Assembly: GCF_021869535.1 (NCBI RefSeq)
Contig: NW_026262582.1
Location: forward strand, 45,570,001 to 45,634,000
DNA length: 64,000 nt
Origin: Mytilus californianus
Lineage: Eukaryota
Direction of reading: 5' to 3'
Shown here: in pieces, positions 53,066 through 64,000 of the stretch
How positions within the stretch are numbered: the stretch's first letter is position 1
Layout: each line of letters opens with the position of its first letter
Notes under the pieces: generated by a model
The model's input: only the letters and a program-made list of their open reading frames with translations
Databases searched by the model: none
What the model was told of the DNA's origin: nothing
Made by a program: the position numbers and the translations under genes

Positions 53066-56000
53066 AAAAATAAAGAGATGTGTACTTTAATATTAGCCAA
53101 GTTGCAAGATAGTTGGTTAAACTTAGCTTATAATCATTATAATCAAGTCATTCGTCATCCAGAAGTTCCCATTTCTGTTTCCTAATGGCCCTTTGAGCCA
53201 TAAACAATATATGTATCATCATTTGACATACATAGGCAACGGATTCGACAGATATAAAAATTAGAGAAAGAAACAGTATTCAACACAAAACATGTTTCTT
53301 TTACTAAATGTTCATAAAGATTCGGTAAGATAGAGGAGCACATGAAACATGTTGATAAAGAAAAAGGTCGAAAAAGAGAAAGTTCCTACATGGGAGTTGT
53401 CATGCCATAACTGTTAAATTTGAAATTACAAGAGTTTACACCTCAACATACAGCACTAAAGACAAAATCTGAAATGTCATCAGTACTGTATAACGAAAAG
53501 AATAAATAAGGTGTACACGTAAAATTCATGATACGAATGCAATAACCAGCAATTTCACTATAAGATTATTTTACACCACAGAGGAACTCTACAAGTGCAT
53601 TTCGTTACCACATATTTTTGAAGAATAACAGTTGTTTGTAGTATTCTTTTTTGATGATATTGAGCATTTTAATATCCTTGTTATTTTCCTTGGAGTTTGG
53701 TACTTTTTACATTGTGCATCTTAAATTATCTTTTTGATGCAACATATTAAAGTAAATTTTGTAAAATAGAAAACAAATTGCCCTTGCTATGGGCATAGTT
53801 TTGTTGCTAGAGAGAAATTACGACGATTTTGCCCGAAAATTTACATTACATCGTGTCACACTAACACAGTGTATAAATGTATAATTTACTGCATGTTAAA
53901 CAGGTTGGATCTTCAACATAAATAGATTAAAGCTGTATATTTAGCATATTATTATTGAGTTTATCGCAACCATTATACTGGTTGCTAAGCAACATAATAT
54001 ACAAGATAGACCCAAATTGCAACCATTTTCAGAAGGTCTGTGGTATAGTGTTACAACATGGCAAATTAAATGAAATTTGGGGGTGGGGCCAAAAAACCCT
54101 TATCACCCCTTGTCCTTTGCGATATATGTATGTGGACATTCTTTATTTCAAGTATAATATGTTGTACTCTTTGGGATCGTTATCGCCCTTTGAAATTTTA
54201 GACTGCACGTGTAAGTACACAAAGTCGATAAGATATATTTATAGCACTTGAGTTATTTATAGCTTAATTGACCAGCATTAGCTTCATCTGTAGATCTTAT
54301 GAATCTGTCGGTGATATTTACCTGCTCATGTATCAAAGTTTAACCTACAAAATCCAAACAATTTTACTGTTGTGATAATGACATCTTCTTTACTTGATGT
54401 TATTTTATTTATCTGGATAATTTAATTTTTAAGTTTGATTTTTTGTCCGTAATGTTTTCCTTTTATTGTAGCATATATTTTTTTTTCTATGTTTCTGTTC
54501 AAATCCGTAATTTCGTCCAATAAGAGTAAAGATTGGTGACATCATACATTCCATAACCATAGTTAAGCGTCCTTAATATCAAATTGCACACACCAAAACT
54601 ATTGTTTATATATTGTTTATTGTTGTAAATAACTCTTTATAAATTTGTTGCTGTTCAGGCTTGTGGTGGGGCAGTTTGCCTTATCTTTAGTTATCTGTGT
54701 AAATTAAATGTTATGTGGACAGTTGTTTACCTTTTTGACTTTTTCTCATGTTTTACAGGTTTTTTCAATTTAAAGATTTAATTACCCTCATGGTATTTAA
54801 CTTGTTTAAACACAAACATTTGTAATAAGAATATCACGTAGCTCACACAAAAGTTTTACCAGATTCATATAACCATTTGATTTACAATTGATTTAGAGAT
54901 AATTGATCTACACGTCTAAAAGAGGATTATATTTTTCTTTTTTTACAACAATAAATGTTAAACTGCGCTTTTAAAAATCCGTTTGCATGCCCACTTTCTC
55001 TTTAAAATCATATTAAACGATTTTCTGGTGATTATAATGTTAAAAAAATTTATGAACTTATGTATGTATATAAAAATTAAACTAAGTTCTATTTGCACGT
55101 TTGGTATTGATTACGAATATGGACAAAATATTTTATTCATTAATCGTTGAACGACAACTTATGCTATAACATACTTTTAGGGTTTTTGTTCCGAGTTTTT
55201 ATCGATTGTGACCTTGTTATAAAACAATCTAGCATGTAAAACATTAGCAAGAACCGATGTTTATTTGGTGTTTTTTTTTCTTACGCAGGATGTACATGTA
55301 GTATTGAATTTCTGTTTTTATCTTTTGATTCTGATAAATTATGAAAACAGCATGGGCGTTGGCGCTTGTCTGTTCTCTAATCGGATGAATATGTCATTGT
55401 GGATCTTCGAAAATAAAATTGAATATTTTGTGATGTACAAACAGTGATAGTTTTAGATATAGATATTTGAGGTTATAAAAAAATATCTTATAGAAATGGC
55501 ACAAATAATGTCTTTTTGATAAATAGATGTTTACTGCAATAGACAATATTTACTTTTGAAAAATTCGATTTTCAATGCATTATACTAGAACGCATCAATC
55601 CGTGCTGTATTGCTCGTGTTTTTTTTTATGGACTTAAATATTCAGACCAAACTAATTGATTTGTGCACGCCGGCTACATAACAATAGACTTGGTGTAATC
55701 TACGGACGTAAAATCTCACAGAGTTCAGATGCATAGATTAAGATAAACAGAATGAAGGTATTGAAATGGTTATTATCGTCACCAAATCTTAACTAGCTCG
55801 AGTGCAATAAACACATCTTCTATTGACACTTTTCAAGTTAAATTACAGATTTCGTATATTAATACAATGTTGATCAAGTGCAGAAAGATATGATTAAGAA
55901 TCGATATATGAATATCTATGGATACAAAATACAATAGTTGAAGATCACCCCCAGTTGTTGGTGGGATTCATGTTGCTCAGTCTTTAGTTTTTTATGTTGT

Positions 56001-56387
56001 GGTTTGTGTACTATTGTGTGTCTGTTTGTCTTTTTCATTTTTAGCTATGACGTTGTCAGTTTATTTTCGACTTATAAGTTTAAATGTCCCTTTGGTATCT
56101 TTCGCACCCCTTTTAAATAATGAGTGTCAAAACATTTTATAGCAAATTGTATTATTTGGCAAAAGATATGTTAAAGATTATCTTCATTCGGCGTCCATCC
56201 GTTATACGCGCCGAAACGGTTTGTGTCTCTAGCATGTCTAATTGTTTTTATCCTTGTATAGTTTTTATATTGTTTTGTTCAACATGTTCAAGGTCTTATG
56301 TGTTACATTTTATATATTTCATTTTCTCTTAATTTGACGGACAATTGTCTCCAGGTAAATTTTCAGTATAACTTTACAAGTTATCTA

Positions 56388-56391
<4 letters not shown>

Positions 56392-56430
<39 letters not shown>
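56392..56430. repeat. (TA)n(GT)n microsatellite
   Basis: Direct reading. Confidence 0.95.
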
Positions 56431-59400
56431 ATATTCATTATCTAGACATGAGCGCTTGCCCAATTGTCAGAATTGTCAGCATTTTACGTCAGAATTAGGG
56501 TGTTTAAATATAATCAAAAAGACATATATTTTTTTTTTTTTCTTAAGATATGCTCCAATCTGAAGGAGTCGGATATCTATTCGTTTCAAGATAGTACTTG
56601 TGTATATTACTTATGTTTTGAATTTTTTTGTTATTCATTAGTTTATTTGGTCACGTTTTTTCCAATAAATAGTTTGTATTTTTGCACATTTTTGACATAA
56701 ATTCGTTAGTCATTTAAAAGATGACATTGACTCCAGAATCGATTAAAACTAGATTTTCTTTCAGCGTGTGTTTGTCTTTTCTTTCATCACGGGTTTTCCC
56801 TTCACAGTTTTGCAGTGCTGTAGTCGATTTCATACGAAAAATCTCATAGTTAACTTAGGTTACCACATACGAAAAATCTTTCGGCGAATTAGAGGACGGG
56901 AAGACAATAATTCAATAACAGTTCATTTGTTGGATAAAACTCTGGATTTCCTTATAAAAGAAAGTCTTTGTACACGTGTTCAATAGTAAAACTTAACCAT
57001 ACAAGTATATTAAACATATAAAATTTGATGTATCATATGACTTTGAATACATAATTACAAAAATGCGCTAACTAATTATACTGGCCAGATTTTAAAAGGA
57101 AAGAATCATCTCCACTTAAGTCCTTTTTTGCTTACGTGACAAGGTAACAAACCCATGAATACATAAACCAAGAAATCAGTTCAAATACTTTAAAATATAG
57201 CAATAGATCAAAAAAGTTGCTTTAGGGAAGAGGTGTTGGGGTTTTGGACAGATTTTTCTCTTACATTGGTTGTTACGTGCGTCAATGCAAATAAAAATGC
57301 AGTCGAATTGCCGAATCCACGTTGCATTGCTATGATTAACTACATTTTGTCCAAAATATACATGACAATATTTGCCACTGAACGCAAGTAACAATTAATT
57401 AATCAATCGTCTTTAGATTCATATGTTCAATAGTTCTTCAATTCTAAATAAGCATGTTTTGTAGACACAAGTCTATAAAAATAGTCAGAACATAAACATC
57501 AAATACTGATCATGAAATGTATATACTAAATCCACTTGGTGTGTACTGATTAATGCTTTACTCTGGAAGAAATTGATTTATTTACAAACTGGTTATGAAC
57601 TAGCTAACAGTAACTGCGAGTTTTCTTAAATCGGTAATTTATGTCTTTTGTCATTGTATTTTTTTTTTGTGCCGTATGTCTGATAATCATGTACATGGAG
57701 ACATTTTAGGTCCCCAAAACATGCATAACCCCGTCACATTATATATGTGCCTGGCCTAAGTCAAGCGTCTTTAATTCAGTCGTTGTTGATTGCTGTCTGT
57801 CTTATTTAATTTTGCCGACTGGAAAGGGCTGTCAACAGGCATTTTATGAATAAAATGATGGGTTAAACCTGGATTTGATAGCTAACCAAACTCCCACTTC
57901 TATGCTAGCTGCAGATACTTCCATTATATTGCCAAAATAAAGTGAGCAGCATGGTCCCCCAAACATGCTTAGCCCCGTCACATTTTATATGTGTCTGGCC
58001 CAAGTCAAGAGCCTTTAATTCAATTGTCATTGTTTTCTTTCTGTCATATTTGTTTTTGCTGATTGTTTAATCATTGATCAGGTCGGTTTTTTTTTTCTTT
58101 TTCCGAATGGTTTTGTTTATTGTTGGAGGCCTTATGGTGAACAATTGTTGCTCACATACACAAATTCTATATCACTTTACCAATTATTAACTATTCCGTG
58201 AACTCAATATATACCCTTATACATTTCCTTTCTCTAAGTTTTTAATCTGACAGATAAACCTAGTTTTCTAATCTTGCCCCTTCTTATCACTGGGAGGTGT
58301 AAGTTTTATATCCCTAAGCATACGTGTATTTTATATTTTTTTTACAGAATTGACACAATTACGTAAAAAAGCCCAAAGAATAAAACAATAACACATGCAA
58401 ACACCGAAATAACGATGACGTTGCTTTGCTAATCTTGTCAGCGTAGCGTAACAGTGATGACGATACCACGGTTTCGGAATTTCAAAAAAACATGGTATTG
58501 TTAATATGTCTTTTTGATTGAGTTAAGCCATTTCAATTGATATTTTATAGTGTGTCTTTCTATGTTGTAATGTTGCACTACTATTTCAGGTTAGGGTGAA
58601 GATTGGCACCTGTTAAAATGTTTAAACCCGCTGCATTTGTTTACACCTGTCCTAAGTCAGGAACCTGTTGTTCAGTGGTTGTCGTTTGTTGATGTGGTTT
58701 TTAAGTGTTTCTCGTTTAACGTTTTTTATATAGATTAAACCGTTGGGTTTCCTCTTTGGGGTCTTTTATAGTTTGCTGTTCGGTGTGAGTCATTGCTCCA
58801 TGTTGAAGCCCGTACTTTGACCTATACTTGTTTACTTTTTACACATTGTGACTTGGATGGAGAGTTGTCTCATTGGCACTCATACCACATCTTTTTATTT
58901 CTAATAACGACATGTGTACATTGCCATGTCATTTTTACTAGTGCGACCTAGCATAGTATTTGTAACCAACTGTTGCAATGCACTGTGATTTCGTTATTTC
59001 AGCACTCCCAAAAAATCTTATTCTTCCAAAGAAGAACGTCTACTTTCAAATTACTTATAGAAATGTATATCCAAAATCAATTTGATTATTTTACTCGATT
59101 TTTCCGGGTGTGGAAGAGATACACACATCTAATTGTATGAAATGAGATCTTAACTATATTGTTTTTAATAAGATGGTTTGTTCAAATTAGCGTAAATGCA
59201 AGTATGCTAAAAGTAAGGACAGTAATATGATAATATGGACCACGTGAAAATAGACCTAGCCTTCGTACTTAAAAAACAATTTCTTATTCTGGTATATATA
59301 GTTATCTCTGATCATCCAGGAAAGAACATTTAAACATAGAAACATTTTGACAAGGGCCATGGCATTAGCAAAAGGGCTGTCAATATAAAAAAATGTAGAA

Positions 59401-59576
59401 TAATTGATATTGCGAAAATTCTGCATACAACCTCTCCCCAACCATAGAAAATCAAATGGTTCCCGTAAAAAACTGAACAAAAAATAATCTATATGTTCAG
59501 CTGAAGTCTTCTGAAAGACAAAAACGTATTTTTGTAATGTTCTTCTTATGACTTTTTTGATGTTTTAATGTTTCAG

Positions 59577-59682
59577 TCAAGCAGTTTTGGCGGGAACTAC
59601 TCTATACCTGTCTGGACAACTGGGAATAGAACCTGTCACACTTAGACTGGTTCCTGGTAGCATAATTCCTGAAACAGAACAT
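59577..59682 (+). CDS. RIDA: RidA copy C (inverted paralog), 106-bp exon (SQAVLAGTTLYLSGQLGIEPVTLRLVPGSIIPETEH)
   Basis: tgtttcag|...|gtaaga; same size and phase as in copies A and B. Confidence 0.9.
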
Positions 59683-59912
59683 GTAAGATGATGACTGCTT
59701 CCTCTCTTATCGAACTTAGTAGAAAAAAATTGCAAAAAGATATTTTCACCGAACTATGGTCTCCTGTTAGTGTCAATGAAACAAAACTAGACTAAAAAAA
59801 TTCAAGTAGCCAAAAAACAATATAGTTTTTTTTTTCATATCTTTTTAAATACTAACATTTTCATAGCATTTTTAAATGATGCGCAACTTGTTGCATATTT
59901 TTCATTCCATAG

Positions 59913-59967
59913 ATATTCAAGAATATTCGTGCCGTATTAGAGGCTACTGGGGGTAGTTTAAAGGATG
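59913..59967 (+). CDS. RIDA: RidA copy C, 55-bp exon (IFKNIRAVLEATGGSLKD)
   Basis: ttccatag|...|gtaagt. Confidence 0.9.
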
Positions 59968-60388
59968 GTAAGTTTATTCATTGTTGAAATAGTAATAATG
60001 ATAATAATAGTATTTTTAAGCTAATGCATGTAATGGGATAGGTTGGTGAATTTTAATCGCTGCTCGCTTAACATCCAAATTACTTGAAAGATATCTAGGA
60101 CGAAACAAATGAAATTCATTTGATAAAATAGGCAGGTTTATAATAGACACTATTCTACTTATGTCAGGAGTATGACAGGTGTTTTCCATTTGGTCGATGT
60201 GTTTAAGCTTTTGATTTTATCATTTGATAAAGGACTTTCCGTTTCGAATTTTCCTTGGAGTTCGGTATTTTTGTTATTTCACCTTTTTGCTACATTAATA
60301 AACATATGATAATATATTTTTGTTTCTGAAAAAAAAATACATACAACGATTATATGCATAAACTAGAACCGTATTGTTTATGTTTCAG

Positions 60389-60457
60389 TTGTCAAAGTAA
60401 CAGTTTTCCTGACAAATTTAAAAGAGTATTCTGCCTTTAATGCAGTATGTATGAAAT
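60389..60457 (+). CDS. RIDA: RidA copy C, 69-bp exon (VVKVTVFLTNLKEYSAFNAVCMK)
   Basis: tgtttcag|...|gtaagt. Confidence 0.9.
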
Positions 60458-61451
60458 GTAAGTGTAAAGTTTATGACAAGAGGTAACCCGTTCATGGACT
60501 CGAATAATCCAGTGCCTTCTATCCAATATCGTTTCTCGTTAAAAGAGTGATCATAGTGAGCGGAATATAACAACTGAATATTCGATATATTCATTAATCA
60601 AATTAAAATATACAACCAAGAGGAATCAATCCGCGGGAACCAATCCAAACGAATATAACCTAAGGCAATGTAATATTGCCTGCAGTGAAACAAACTTAAG
60701 ATTCATTTCAATACCGAACACATTTGGATCTTTATTTGAAAACATGTATAAATACTTGATTTTGGATCATTCTGATATTCCAACTCATCCATGACGAACA
60801 TCCCAGTAATTCAAAATTCCATCAACCCTTCATTCTTGTAATACAATGATTGATTTTTGTGATATTAAATGCACATACTTTGTATCAGAAGTAAGATTTA
60901 GTAGCACAACCCCATACAAAATATTGTAGTAGGATTAGCAGCACAACCCCATACCAAATTGTATCTTGCACACTTTCAACAAAAAAGCTCGCCATGAGTC
61001 TAGAAATAAAATTGCAAATAGATTTAACGGAAACCAACCATGATATGCCATGAACTATTGAATTCCGAAATAATTATCAAGATCAAGAATCATTTAGATA
61101 AATCTAAGGACAACCACTAACTTTGAAAAGAAAATGGGATGTTGCAGAGTTAAAATAATCATAATTATCTGAGAACTTATCCCTTCGATGGTCTTTTTGC
61201 GAGGGCCTTGATTATCATTTCTGTTGTTTATGTTTTTGTTTTGTATTTTTTATTGAATTCTCTTTTCATAATATTGTGTACTTTTTTCTCTATTCTTTTT
61301 ATTTTTATCCCATTATTCTCTATTCTGTGAACCCAATTCAGACCCTTTTTTATATGTAAATTATGTTCGATGTCACACTTTGAGTTATCAAAGTGACATT
61401 TTCAAAGATCATTACTTATGTATGTATTTCATAATATTGTATAGTTTTCAG

Positions 61452-61507
61452 TCTTTCCAAAAGATTTCCCTGCTCGATCATCTTGTCAAGTAGTAGCCAT
61501 ATCACAA
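61452..61507 (+). CDS. RIDA: RidA copy C, 56-bp exon (FFPKDFPARSSCQVVAISQ)
   Basis: gttttcag|...|gtaagc; catalytic Arg retained. Confidence 0.9.
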
Positions 61508-62442
61508 GTAAGCTATTGTATCTTAATATTTGAGGTTATTGAGAAAGTATATGATCGATGGATTTCCGTTTAATCAACGGAATTGTACTTCTCGTGAACA
61601 CTGTGGATGATAAGTAGAAAAGATTGAAATGACATCCTTCACTGCATATCTTTGTTCATTACAAGTTGTTAAGGGTTCTAGTTTCTATCAATCATGGTCT
61701 TTGAAATATCGTATGTTTATGTCACACAAAAAAATGTTTTGCAATAAACTACAATGCCAATTTGTTATCTATCAATGATTCACCGTTTCAGAATCTAAGC
61801 ATCCCGAGTATCATTCCCAAAAGTAAACGACAAAACGTCGGAATTGGTTAAAAGCGTCCTACACAATGGAAATTCAACCGTGACGTTATTTTCATTTTTG
61901 AGAACGAACAATTAAATTGACCATAGTCATTCAATTCTGAAACGGTCAATAGTCAATTATGTTTGAATCTGACTTGTCATATATTGATGAAGTTCTCTGT
62001 ACATTATCTTATACTGTCATAATAATAAATAGATATATGTACAATGAATTGGTATCGATTGCAACATGAGCCTGGGTAAACTCAGATAGCCGAATTAATA
62101 TTACTTCATGTACTTATTTATACAATCATATCGTCCTGAATGTAGATTATACTTACATGTATCGATAACTTATGGATTGACAGCGTCTTAGCCTTGGACA
62201 AATAAAAACGCCCAATCTGTTGTGGAACAAAGTATTATATCAGACAAGTGTCTACTATTGCTGGGCGTCCCTGTTTTGATTAATTATGTTCAAAATGAAG
62301 TTTTCTGAACAGTTGTTTTTACTTTTTGTCTTTGTGCTATGATCTGTCCCTTTTCAACTTTGATACTTTTTCCTAAAATTTAATTTAGGTCTTTTTTTAT
62401 ATATCGAATCAATAACTTTCATGTTTGTTCAATTAATTTCAG

Positions 62443-62463
62443 GGCGCTCAGCTGAGAAAGTGA
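62443..62463 (+). pseudogene. RIDA: RidA copy C, disrupted last exon (GAQLRK*)
   Basis: aatttcag|ggc gct cag ctg aga aag tga. It matches GAQL, then loses the frame before the conserved Glu. It lies 46 bp from an assembly gap. Confidence 0.55.
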
Positions 62464-62509
62464 GATATAACTTCAAGAATGATATAAGTACAATTATTAA
62501 TTAATGTTG

Positions 62510-62818
62510 NNNNNNNNNNNNNNNNNNNNNNNNNNNNNNNNNNNNNNNNNNNNNNNNNNNNNNNNNNNNNNNNNNNNNNNNNNNNNNNNNNNNNNNNNNN
62601 NNNNNNNNNNNNNNNNNNNNNNNNNNNNNNNNNNNNNNNNNNNNNNNNNNNNNNNNNNNNNNNNNNNNNNNNNNNNNNNNNNNNNNNNNNNNNNNNNNNN
62701 NNNNNNNNNNNNNNNNNNNNNNNNNNNNNNNNNNNNNNNNNNNNNNNNNNNNNNNNNNNNNNNNNNNNNNNNNNNNNNNNNNNNNNNNNNNNNNNNNNNN
62801 NNNNNNNNNNNNNNNNNN
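62510..62818. other. Assembly gap (N run)
   Basis: N characters. Confidence 1.
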
Positions 62819-63513
62819 AATCTAGATAATGTTGAACCAGGAGTATTGAACACTGTACGCAATATCCATTGGTTAAATCTCGTCAAAGCCGGACCAGCAA
62901 GATACATTTTTGTACTTCAAGAAAGTCACAAGACATTAATTTAAATCAGTGTAGCAGGTGTAGGTATATCGATTATTTAGCGATATTATATGGATATAAT
63001 TTACAAATATTTCTTTCGTGTCATACACATTTCGATATTGGTAGGCTTTTTTATACCAAGTGTTAAATATTGCCAGGCTACTTTAAAATCGACATAGCGC
63101 ATAGCAGGAACAAATCATTTTGATTTTATAAGGAAAACTCTTTGGTTTTAAGTGGAGCGGACATATAAAAGTCCATTATCATCGCAAGTCGTTTCAATGT
63201 ATGAAAGTTTGTGACGCCAGGTATCTGATACCAATGTTAATCGAATTCAGAGCGTCACATGCAAGGAAAGTGCAAAAGGGTAACTCTAAGGTACAGTTTT
63301 TATAAACACTGACTGTGGAATATATCATCATTTTAAAACTTGATGATTCCACAAATGTTAACATCCTATCGATTAGTTAACCGGAGAGGTGATCTATGAA
63401 ATAAGAAAAAAGTCAAAAGTCAGGAAAACTTAGACAGATAATGAAAGTAAAACTATGTGTATAGTTATCAAAGCTTTGAGGGATACAATTTTGTCCCGCT
63501 AACAATACTGGGC

Positions 63514-64000
63514 TATCCCATAGAACTTGAAATAAAGGGTACAATAGAAACAGTGTACCTCCTATATTGAGATGCATCTAGAAGTTGGCAATGAGAGTGA
63601 GTGGATAACAATACATTAAGACAAAAGAGAGGATTTCAGTTTCCGAATTTTCAACTTTCCATTTCTGTGAAGCAATTTTCCAACAGCGACTACATATAGA
63701 GTATATATCTCCCAGTTGATATGATATTCCAGAGTTTGTATTTCCTTTCATGATTTCCTTGATAGAGAGTTGCTGCTTATAAAGAAGCGATTGAACCAAG
63801 AGTTCCAAAATGATGAAGTTGAAATCATTACCAGTAGGTTGACTGTTATAGAATATCTGTTTGACAGCGGATAAATTTGATATGTCATCACAATCCCGTC
63901 CTCTTTTCCTCGAAAGTGACCTAGCAATTTGGAGTAATCACCGGGTTTGTTCTAACATAAGCTACACAAATGGTGCCACAAATAGAACAGGACTACCTAA
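63514..64000 (+). mobile_element. Heavily degenerate Penelope-like RT C-terminal fragment
   Basis: YPIELEIKGTIETV ... HLEVGNE ... DKREDFSFRIFNFPFL*SNFPTATTYRVYISQLI*YSRVCISFHDFLDRELLLIKKRLNQEFQ, with several stops. Confidence 0.75.

Noticed and set aside
55341-55388. MKTAWALALVCSLIG* as the signal-peptide exon of RidA copy C
   Set aside because: It is hydrophobic and follows a good acceptor at 55288, but it stops after 15 codons, has no donor, and has no counterpart in copies A and B.
56190-56245. Minus-strand TC*RHKPF resembling the PCSRHKPY extension
   Set aside because: Only ~12 nt of identity, wrong orientation for copy C, and no splice sites.
548-63808. The ~130 short ORFs of the six-frame track as stand-alone genes
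   Set aside because: They have low-complexity AT-rich composition and no family motifs. Only those overlapping FREP, PLE RT and RidA exons are meaningful.

Overview
AT-rich eukaryotic (metazoan) genomic DNA with spliceosomal GT-AG introns. The repeat families and the fibrinogen-related exons suggest a bivalve mollusc, probably a mussel (inference). Most ORFs in the supplied track are spurious; the real genes are split into short exons, which I assembled by hand. The window contains: (1) a decayed ankyrin-repeat gene on the minus strand (~0.6-5 kb); (2) a tandem segmental duplication, unit A ~6412-20676 and unit B ~20683-41744. Each unit carries a fibrinogen-related (FREP) terminal exon, a truncated Penelope-like RT element, a tRNA-SINE and a six-exon minus-strand RidA/YjgF/UK114-family gene. 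Both RidA genes have an unusual Cys-containing N-terminal extension and no identifiable start exon; (3) a 7.2-kb non-autonomous TIR transposon (TA target-site duplication) in unit B that carries a ~20-unit, 258-bp satellite; (4) a third, older, inverted RidA paralog on the plus strand (59.6-62.5 kb) with a broken last exon; (5) many interspersed repeats, two degenerate hammerhead-like folds and two assembly gaps. All identities and counts are hand alignments, not database results.
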